This document shows, piece by piece, positions 25,268 through 32,000 of a DNA stretch of 32,000 bases. The stretch lies in contig NZ_CP195303.1 in NCBI RefSeq assembly GCF_051245535.1, positions 64,656 through 96,655 of the forward strand. Direction: 5' to 3'. Below the pieces are notes generated by a model, which searched no databases, was not told where the DNA came from, and worked only from the letters and a program-made list of their open reading frames with translations. The translations under genes and the position numbers were made by a program. Origin of the DNA: Micavibrio aeruginosavorus (GTDB lineage Bacteria; Pseudomonadota; Alphaproteobacteria; Micavibrionales; Micavibrionaceae). The first letter of the stretch is position 1. Every line of letters begins with the position of its first letter.

Positions 25268-27419
25268 AGGCATGTTCTCGCCAATCCAAAAAAACGATTC
25301 AATCAAGCAAGGTAAAGACGAAGGAGTTGCAATTCCTATTCCGGAGAATGCAGGTAGCGCAGGTGCTCACCCCACGCTCGGCATACCGAAGAAGGGGTGG
25401 GTATATAAGATGGCTGATGGCCAAGCTCTTCTCATTATAGCTCGCTTTGAAAGGCAAGATGGTAGCAAAGAAGATCGCCCCCTAACATTTAGACGTTACC
25501 TTAACAGTGGCGCGCGTTGGGCCTGGAAATCGATACCAGAGCCGCGCATCCTTTATAATCTTGATAAACTATCCACACTCAGCGATAAGCCAATTTTAGT
25601 ATGTGAGGGCGAAAAAGCAGCCGAAGCAGCTGAAAGGCTATTCCCTGAATATGTAGTTACTACAAGCACCAATGGGGCTAGATCGCCGCACAAGACCGAT
25701 TGGTCGCCTGTGAAGGGGCGAGAGGTGATGATTTGGCCAGATAACGATCAAAGCGGTTTTGCTTATGCCGATAGTGTTGCACAGCTTTGTCTGAAGGCTG
25801 GCGCACTGCTGGTGCGTGTTGTGCAAGTGCCTGCTGATTTTAAAGAGGGATGGGATTTAGCAGATCCGTTACCTGACGGAATTAATTTTGAAAATCTGAA
25901 GGTATTGATCAGTGAAGCACGTCAAATAATTGGTGCCTATGAGGAGGCAACCCATGCGGCATATTCATTGTCACCTGATTCTCAGCCACATGAAATCGAG
26001 AAAGCGCTTAAGTTGATCGTTTCACTCTCAGAAATTGAGCAGGAGCGAATAAAAAAAATTATCAGCAAAAACGCCAAAATGCCACTTAGCGTACAGAATA
26101 GGGCGCTAAAAAACTTTAGGCAGACAGTTGCCGACGATGATGATGCTGGAATGGATCATCTTGATCTTGCTCGTTCTCTTATAGATGAAGTAGGGAGAGA
26201 TAATATCTTGTCAACAGCGGCCCATCTTTGGGTATGGCGGAATAATGGCCTCTGGGAGGCACTGCCTGATCTCGATATTAAAAAAACCATCCAGGCCCAT
26301 CTCAATGAGATGGGGCAGAAAGTGACACGCGGCCTTGTCGATGCAGTTTTATCGGTTTTGAAGAACGAAGTGTTTGCCGAGCAGCATCAGTGGGATTTGA
26401 ATCCTGATATTATAAATGTACAAAACGGAGATCTTATATTCTCAGGCCAGTGTTGGATTTTGCAACCTCATAAGCGTGAAAACTTTAGAACCACACAAAT
26501 CCCGCATCCTTACATTCATAATGCAGAATGCCCAAGGTTTCTAAAATATTTGGATGAGATTTTTTTAAGCGATATTGATGGTTTTTTGAAAAAGCAACTA
26601 GTGCTCGAAATGATCGGCTATACGCTTACAAACACAACTAAATATGAGAAATTTGTGATTTTGATAGGATTGGGAGCTAACGGAAAAAGCGTGCTCCTTG
26701 AGATTATAGCAGCGCTTGTCGGACTTAGGAATGTTTCCGCTGTTCAGCCTGCAGAGTTTTCTGATCGATTTAAGAGGGCCCATATGCACCGCAGGCTGGC
26801 TAATCTTGTTACAGAAATAGCTCAAGGCGGCACAATCGCTGATGCAGAGTTAAAGGCTATTTCATCTGGGGAGTTGATCACCGCAGATCATAAGAATCAG
26901 CCGCCTTTCGACTTTAAGCCTTATTGCACCTGCTGGTTCGGAACGAACCACATGCCGCGCACCAAAGACTTTTCAGATGCGCTGTATCGTCGCGCCATAG
27001 TCGTGACATTTAATCGAAAGTTTGAAGGGAAGAGCGTAGACGTAAACTTAAAGAAAACACTTCTTACTGAATTACCGGGGATTATGAGAGCGTCCCTGGA
27101 TGCCTATGCGGGTGTTCTTAAGCGTGGCTCATTCACTGAGCCGCCAAGCTCAATACAAGCGAAGGAAACGTGGCGTAAAGAGGAGGATCATGTATCGCAA
27201 TTTGTTGATGAGTGTTGCGATTTTTTGCCAAATGCAAAAGAATCTTCCAAAGCATTGTACGCAGCCTATCGAAATTGGGCAGAGGAGCAGGGTGTGCGCC
27301 ACATCCTAGATCATAACAGCCTTACATCGCGTCTTGTGACCAAGGGACTTAAGAGACATAGGTTGTCAAAGGGTGTTCGAGCCATAAGCGGTCTGTGCTT
27401 GAGGGCGCAGAGGGAGTGA
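25254..27419 (+). CDS. Toprim-domain primase fused to a D5/P4-family SF3 helicase
   Basis: The Toprim region is ILVCEGEKAAEAA...VMIWPDNDQSG. The D5_N-like middle region is followed by Walker A ILIGLGANGKSVLLEII and the conserved TNHMPRTKDFSDALYRRAIVVTF block of phage/plasmid P4-family primases. Confidence 0.9.
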   Translation: MSNDKGMFSPIQKNDSIKQGKDEGVAIPIPENAGSAGAHPTLGIPKKGWVYKMADGQALLIIARFERQDGSKEDRPLTFRRYLNSGARWAWKSIPEPRILYNLDKLSTLSDKPILVCEGEKAAEAAERLFPEYVVTTSTNGARSPHKTDWSPVKGREVMIWPDNDQSGFAYADSVAQLCLKAGALLVRVVQVPADFKEGWDLADPLPDGINFENLKVLISEARQIIGAYEEATHAAYSLSPDSQPHEIEKALKLIVSLSEIEQERIKKIISKNAKMPLSVQNRALKNFRQTVADDDDAGMDHLDLARSLIDEVGRDNILSTAAHLWVWRNNGLWEALPDLDIKKTIQAHLNEMGQKVTRGLVDAVLSVLKNEVFAEQHQWDLNPDIINVQNGDLIFSGQCWILQPHKRENFRTTQIPHPYIHNAECPRFLKYLDEIFLSDIDGFLKKQLVLEMIGYTLTNTTKYEKFVILIGLGANGKSVLLEIIAALVGLRNVSAVQPAEFSDRFKRAHMHRRLANLVTEIAQGGTIADAELKAISSGELITADHKNQPPFDFKPYCTCWFGTNHMPRTKDFSDALYRRAIVVTFNRKFEGKSVDVNLKKTLLTELPGIMRASLDAYAGVLKRGSFTEPPSSIQAKETWRKEEDHVSQFVDECCDFLPNAKESSKALYAAYRNWAEEQGVRHILDHNSLTSRLVTKGLKRHRLSKGVRAISGLCLRAQRE

Positions 27420-27561
27420 CTTGGGTGACTCACAAAACATATCTCTAAAATCTCCACATCATAGTGATCTTAGAGATAACATTATTTGTATAATCAGCAC
27501 ATTATCTGGTGATTGAATCTGTGTCACCTGTGTCACTCAGGACTTTTTGAGCTTAATAAAG

Positions 27562-28506
27562 TTAGGCTGACGCAGCATCTAACAGCATCTCCCGCTGGTA
27601 TGGTTTTCGTATCAACTTATGTATTATTATGTCTTTATCGTTCGGGCGAACACGAGCCTCTATTTTCAAGGCTTCCCAATGATCAAAATTTGACCCTACC
27701 AAGTGCCCTTCATATTTTTTCCAAAGTGTGTCCCATCCCCTGCTTGGAATCGCAATCATGCGCCGCTCAGTAAATTCATTCGTGGGTGGCATGGTTGGCT
27801 CCCAATCATCGTATTGGCAGTCAAATGGGTATCTCCAAAAAAGGTCTTGCCCCCCTTCCTTGTTTTTTATGTGTTCAACCATATCGGAAACTTTTAGAAA
27901 TCGGCCTGCCAATCTGCGTCTATTGTTTTTTGAATCATTGTAAGACAGCTCCCACCAAGTTATTTGTGTAGGCTCCTCTGGCTCCTCGTTTTTGAACTCT
28001 GGATACTTTGTGAATAAAGCCTCAAATGTTTGCTTTGATTCTAAGTAAACTTCACCGGATATATCGCCCTGGTCACGGAGGGTTTTCAGTGTCCCATACA
28101 GCTGACTAGGTCTTTTTTCAAACAGCGAATATATTATGCTGTATTCGCTTGTCGTATCATCGGTAAGCCAGTCTCCTTCTTCATCGGCATCCACGACTAA
28201 GAAATGGCATATTATTAGGGCCGCAGCCTCATACTTGTTAAGACCGTCTGCATAAGCGTGATTCACAATTTTTAGAGAGTAAGGCTGAAATTTTTCATCT
28301 TGAAAATTGTAGAAATTAAACCAATTGCTGATCTCTTGATAGCGGCTGGCTTCTGCCGCATATGACCTTCTTAAACAAAAAATAGCGGGCTTCCAGCCAA
28401 ATAACAGAGACTGGATGCTGGCAGCTTTTCTGCTGATAAAAAGATCCCGAACAGAATCTCTAAAATGATTTTTCTTAAAATTTTTAAACATAAGCTCATC
28501 TCCCAT
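27562..28506 (-). CDS. Hypothetical protein (314 aa), AT-rich orphan cargo gene
   Basis: Long uninterrupted ORF with plausible amino-acid composition. The start may instead be the second ATG (28491), which is preceded by GGGAGATGAG. No family recognised. Confidence 0.55.
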   Translation of the reverse strand: MGDELMFKNFKKNHFRDSVRDLFISRKAASIQSLLFGWKPAIFCLRRSYAAEASRYQEISNWFNFYNFQDEKFQPYSLKIVNHAYADGLNKYEAAALIICHFLVVDADEEGDWLTDDTTSEYSIIYSLFEKRPSQLYGTLKTLRDQGDISGEVYLESKQTFEALFTKYPEFKNEEPEEPTQITWWELSYNDSKNNRRRLAGRFLKVSDMVEHIKNKEGGQDLFWRYPFDCQYDDWEPTMPPTNEFTERRMIAIPSRGWDTLWKKYEGHLVGSNFDHWEALKIEARVRPNDKDIIIHKLIRKPYQREMLLDAASA

Positions 28507-29063
28507 TTGCGGAAACGGCTTTCCAGATGTCTCTGGAAAGCCGGGGAGTGATTACCGTCCGAGAACGGCCAGCGTATTCACGCTAGGCGCTATTTTATTC
28601 CGCTGCTCCCCGACACAAGGTCGAGAGGCAGCATCATTGGTGACGGCCAGATGCTGTTTGGCCGTCTCGGAGGGGTAATCAGCCCCATCGAGCAGGATTT
28701 ACTGCTCGATGCTGAAAACATTAAACAAATGATCGAAATTTCACAATGCAAATAAGGCGACCTTGTACGGGACAAGATCACTTGTGAGTCCTATCAAGGG
28801 TTTGCGTGCCTTTTGATCGGGTCGATCTTTTTGCATACAAGGTCAAATCCTTTGAAAGCCAGATGTACGCCTCAAAAAAGCGAATCTTTACAAGGCGAAG
28901 GAAAACTTTTGTAGTAGGCGAGACTGCTCTATAGGGCGAAGTTCTTGAAGGTTGAATCCCAGGTGAATCTAAAACCAACGCGCCAGTATTCGGCTTGCTT
29001 CCCTGTCCATTTTCAATTATTTTCTCAATTTATAAATCTAAATGACGAATCAATGGTTTGCCT

Positions 29064-29252
29064 ATGGCTGATGAGATTATGACCATTCGGGAGGTCGCCT
29101 CCTATTTGAAGCTCGCGGAAAAGAGCCTTTACCGCTATGCGCTCGAAGGTAAAGTCCCTGGCTTTCGTGTCGGGGCAGCATGGCGTTTCCGCAAAAGCGA
29201 TATTGATGCTTGGATTAGCAAAAACATCGCTGAACAAAGAAAGGCTGGCTGA
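29064..29252 (+). CDS. Helix-turn-helix (excisionase-family HTH_17) DNA-binding protein
   Basis: MADEIMTIREVASYLKLAEKSLYRYALEGKVPGFRVGAAWRFRKSDIDAWI is a textbook HTH_17 pattern. Its stop TGA (29250-29252) overlaps the hsdR ATG (29252-29254). The ORF opens at TTG 29058. Confidence 0.75.
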   Translation: MADEIMTIREVASYLKLAEKSLYRYALEGKVPGFRVGAAWRFRKSDIDAWISKNIAEQRKAG

Positions 29253-32000
29253 TGCCCTTCACACCCGAACAACTCGCCAGACAGAAAATTGACGCGATCC
29301 TGACAGCCTCTGGCTGGGCCATTCAGGACATGAAAGATTTTAACCGCAATGCTGGGTTAGGTGTTGCCGTGCGTGAATTTCAGCTTCCCGCTGGCCCGTG
29401 CGATTACCTGTTGTTTATCGAGGGCAAAGCCGCTGGCGTTATTGAGGCTAAAAAATCTGGCGTTACACTGAGCGGTGTGGCGGAACAATCCGAAAAATAC
29501 ATGAACGCCCTGCCGGATCATCTGGCGAAGTGGGATACCATCCTGCTTTTTGACTACGAGAGCACCAGTGATGAAACCTTCTTCAGGGATATGCGCGACC
29601 CTCGGCCACGTTCCCGCCGTGTGTTTGCATTCCACAAGCCGGAAACGCTCCATGACTGGCTGAAGCAGCCCAATACCCTGCGTGGTCGCCTGCAATCCAT
29701 GCCGCAGCTCAATGAAAACGGTCTGCGGGATTGCCAGATCGATGCGATCAAAGGGCTTGAGAAATCATTGGGCGAGGACAAGCCGCGCTCTCTAATCCAA
29801 ATGGCGACCGGCGCAGGTAAAACCTTCACTGCATGCACCTTCAGCCACCGGCTTATCAAATACGGCGGCGCTAAGCGCATCCTCTTCCTGGTTGACCGCA
29901 ACAACTTGGGCGATCAGACGCTGAAAGAATTTCAAAATTTCGAGCCGCCAGGTTCTGGCCACCGCTTTACAGACACTTATATCGTCCAGCATCTGCATTC
30001 CAATCGCATTGATCCTGACGCAAAGGTGGTCATCACGACCATTCAGCGCTTGTTCTCTATGCTGAAGGGTGAAGAGCTGGCCGAGGAAGATGAAGAAGAA
30101 TCCAACTTTGAAACCTGGGCGAACAACCAGGGCGAAATTCCGCCTATCGGCTATAACCCGCAAATTCCTATCGAAATGTTTGACTTCATCATTACCGATG
30201 AATGCCACCGCTCGATCTACGGCCTCTGGCGGCAGGTGCTGGAGTATTTTGATGCACATATCATCGGCCTGACCGCCACACCGTCAAAGCATACGCTGGG
30301 CTTTTTCAATCAAAACCTTGTTGCCGAATACCCCTATGAGCGTTCCGTAGCCGATGGTGTCAATGTTGGCTATGAAATCTTCCGTATCCGTACCCGCGTG
30401 ACGGAACAAGGCGGCAAGGTTGAGGGCGCGACGTTCGAGGTGCCCGTGCGTGACCGCCGCACCCGCGCTATCCGCTATACCAAGCTGGATGATGACATGG
30501 AATATACGGCGACTGAGCTGGATCGCTCTGTCACGACCCCCAATCAAATCCGCGCCGTGATCCAATGTTTCAAGGATCGTCTGTTCACTGAACTTTTCCC
30601 CGACCGCACCGGCGAATGGGTGCCCAAAACTCTTGTTTTTGCCAAAGACGATAACCACGCTGAAGAAATCGTCCATATCGTGCGCGAAGTATTTAACGAA
30701 GGAAATAACTTCTGTAAGAAAATTACCTACCGCAACACCGGCGAAGATCCTAAAAGCCTGATTAAGGCTTTTCGCGTTGATCCGCACCCGCGCATCGCTG
30801 TAACCGTGGACATGATTGCTACGGGCACGGATATTAAGCCGGTCGAATGTATTCTCTTTATGCGCGACGTGAAATCAGAAGGTTATTACGAACAGATGAA
30901 AGGGCGCGGCGTGCGCTCAATCAAGGATTCTGACCTTCAGGCGGTTACCCCCGACGCCCAGACCAAGACGCGCTTTATCCTGATCGACGCCGTAGGCGTG
31001 ACCGAAGGCAAAAAGAACGTATCTCAGCCGCTGGAGCGCAAACGCACCATATCGTTTGACAAGCTGATTGATCAAATCGCCCAAGGGCGGCGCGATGAAG
31101 ACGCACTCTCAACCTTGGCCGGACGCCTTGCCGCCCTGGATAAAAAGCTGGAGCGCGAAGACCAGGAACGCATCATCGAGACGAGCGGCGGCAAAGCTCT
31201 GCGTGACCTGTCGAATGACCTCCTGGATGCTATCGATCCTGACAAGATCGAGGCAATGGCCGAGCAGCGCTTCGGCTACGCGCCAGCAGAAGACAAAATC
31301 CTAATTATACAGAATGAACTGATCGAAGTAGCCTGCAAGCCGTTCGATGACCCAAAACTGCGCCAGCTGCTCAAAGATCTGAAGCAAAAATCAGACATCG
31401 TGATCGACGACATCACGACCGATGAGGTCATTGGCGCGGGCTACGACATGAAGCGGGCCGAAGAGCGTGTAAAGACCTTTAAAGATTTTATCGAAAAACA
31501 TAAAGACGAACTTCTTGCGCTCCAAATTCTCTATAACCAGCCTTACGGCAAGCAGAAGCTAACCTACGCCGCGATTAAGGAGCTGACGCAAAAGCTCACC
31601 GACCCACCGCATTATCTGATCACCGCCGATGTCTGGCAGGCATATAAGCGTCTGGACGCCGCCAAAGTGCGCGGTGCGCCGGTTGACCAACAGCTGACCG
31701 AGATCATATCTCTCGTGCGCTATGCTCTGGGCATGGATGATGTGCTGGAGCCGTTCGGCAGCAAGGTTGAACAGCGCTTTAACCTGTGGATCGGAAGGCA
31801 AAAGAAGGCAGGCCGTAACTTTACCGATGATCAAGCCAATTGGCTCAAATCGATTGCGCAGTTTATCGGCGCAAATGCGGAAGTGACCACAGAGGATATG
31901 ATGACCATTCCAGTCTTTGCCGATAAGGGTGGCCTGCTTCAAGCGCGACAACTCTTTGGGCCAGAACTTGACACCCTCATGAATGAGTTGCAAGTGGCAC
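29252..32000 (+). CDS. hsdR: Type I restriction enzyme R subunit (HsdR, EcoEI/IB-like); partial, 3' end lies outside the window
   Basis: I translated the frame by hand and it is open from ATG 29252 to the window end. The N-terminal nuclease-type region is PFTPEQLARQKIDAILTASGW...CDYLLFIEGKAAGVIEAKK. SF2 helicase motifs are present: I (MATGAGKT), II (ITDECHRS), III (GLTATP) and VI (QMKGRGVR). The C-terminal region (LTYAAIKELTQKLTDPP...) resembles the EcoEI R C-terminal domain. It is absent from the ORF track, presumably because no stop falls within the window. Confidence 0.9.
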   Translation, partial: MPFTPEQLARQKIDAILTASGWAIQDMKDFNRNAGLGVAVREFQLPAGPCDYLLFIEGKAAGVIEAKKSGVTLSGVAEQSEKYMNALPDHLAKWDTILLFDYESTSDETFFRDMRDPRPRSRRVFAFHKPETLHDWLKQPNTLRGRLQSMPQLNENGLRDCQIDAIKGLEKSLGEDKPRSLIQMATGAGKTFTACTFSHRLIKYGGAKRILFLVDRNNLGDQTLKEFQNFEPPGSGHRFTDTYIVQHLHSNRIDPDAKVVITTIQRLFSMLKGEELAEEDEEESNFETWANNQGEIPPIGYNPQIPIEMFDFIITDECHRSIYGLWRQVLEYFDAHIIGLTATPSKHTLGFFNQNLVAEYPYERSVADGVNVGYEIFRIRTRVTEQGGKVEGATFEVPVRDRRTRAIRYTKLDDDMEYTATELDRSVTTPNQIRAVIQCFKDRLFTELFPDRTGEWVPKTLVFAKDDNHAEEIVHIVREVFNEGNNFCKKITYRNTGEDPKSLIKAFRVDPHPRIAVTVDMIATGTDIKPVECILFMRDVKSEGYYEQMKGRGVRSIKDSDLQAVTPDAQTKTRFILIDAVGVTEGKKNVSQPLERKRTISFDKLIDQIAQGRRDEDALSTLAGRLAALDKKLEREDQERIIETSGGKALRDLSNDLLDAIDPDKIEAMAEQRFGYAPAEDKILIIQNELIEVACKPFDDPKLRQLLKDLKQKSDIVIDDITTDEVIGAGYDMKRAEERVKTFKDFIEKHKDELLALQILYNQPYGKQKLTYAAIKELTQKLTDPPHYLITADVWQAYKRLDAAKVRGAPVDQQLTEIISLVRYALGMDDVLEPFGSKVEQRFNLWIGRQKKAGRNFTDDQANWLKSIAQFIGANAEVTTEDMMTIPVFADKGGLLQARQLFGPELDTLMNELQVA

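Larger units (their letters stand above)
22438..28506 (+). mobile_element. P4-like integrative element / phage-satellite-like island (int, xis-like HTH, primase-helicase, orphan cargo); boundaries uncertain
   Basis: Contents are a tyrosine integrase, an AlpA/excisionase-like HTH and a P4-alpha-like primase/SF3 helicase, with AT-rich composition. It sits downstream of a tRNA gene in the same orientation. No clean att duplication was found. Confidence 0.55.

Noticed and set aside
28590-28978. Two small overlapping minus-strand ORFs (63 and 66 aa) in the inter-module region
   Set aside because: Both are Ser/Pro/Arg-rich and implausible, with no RBS. The opposite strand carries a more protein-like (though start-less) frame plus strong hairpins. 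I did not call them as genes.
28941-28980. Possible degenerate tRNA 3'-end (attR) for the P4-like element: CTTGAAGGTTGAATCCCAGGTGAATCTAAAACCAACG vaguely recalls CTGAAGG...GGTTCAAATCC...CAACCA of tRNA-fMet
   Set aside because: The similarity is patchy and needs several indels, and the putative T-arm cannot base-pair. It is too weak to call by eye and needs a proper alignment.
29357-31993. Minus-strand ORFs (112, 116, 155, 167, 144 aa) and the plus-strand 78-aa ORF at 31068-31304
   Set aside because: All lie antisense to or out of frame with the continuous hsdR reading frame, which carries complete SF2 helicase motifs.

Overview
The window splits in two. The left ~19 kb looks like high-GC (by eye) alphaproteobacterial core chromosome. 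It holds the 3' end of an aminotransferase-like gene and two small unknown genes. A surface-polysaccharide cluster follows: TSUP permease, Wzy/O-antigen-ligase-like membrane protein, one GT4 and two GT2 glycosyltransferases, a Wzz-like co-polymerase and a ~900-aa Wza/SLBB export protein. After that come a DUF1489 gene and three unknown genes, two of them tandem paralogs. Then there is a complete rRNA operon: three tandem sigma70-type promoters, 16S, tRNA-Ile(GAT), tRNA-Ala(TGC), 23S, 5S, a terminator, a small DMT/DUF486 gene and initiator tRNA-fMet(CAT). From the 3' side of tRNA-fMet (~19.1 kb) to the window end, composition drops sharply and becomes mosaic, and the content looks like a stack of horizontally acquired modules. 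Module (i) has a TIR-domain protein with an odd Cys-pair plus Ser/Gly/Tyr-rich N-terminus, a convergent DUF2971 protein, and a DUF1778-GNAT (TacA/TacT-like) toxin-antitoxin operon with a translationally coupled third small gene. This module is bracketed by ~35-bp imperfect inverted repeats. Module (ii) is a P4-like integrative element: tyrosine integrase, excisionase-like HTH, and a split primase plus Toprim/D5-P4 SF3 helicase, with orphan genes of 215, ~89 and 314 aa. Module (iii) is a hairpin-rich non-coding stretch followed by an HTH gene translationally coupled to a type I restriction R subunit (EcoEI-type C-terminus) that runs off the window. The best candidates for something undescribed are the TIR/DUF2971 pair, the three-gene GNAT TA operon, the orphan cargo genes of the P4-like element, and the 219-aa gene plus tandem paralog pair upstream of the rRNA operon. 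All family assignments come from motif recognition by eye; no searches were run.
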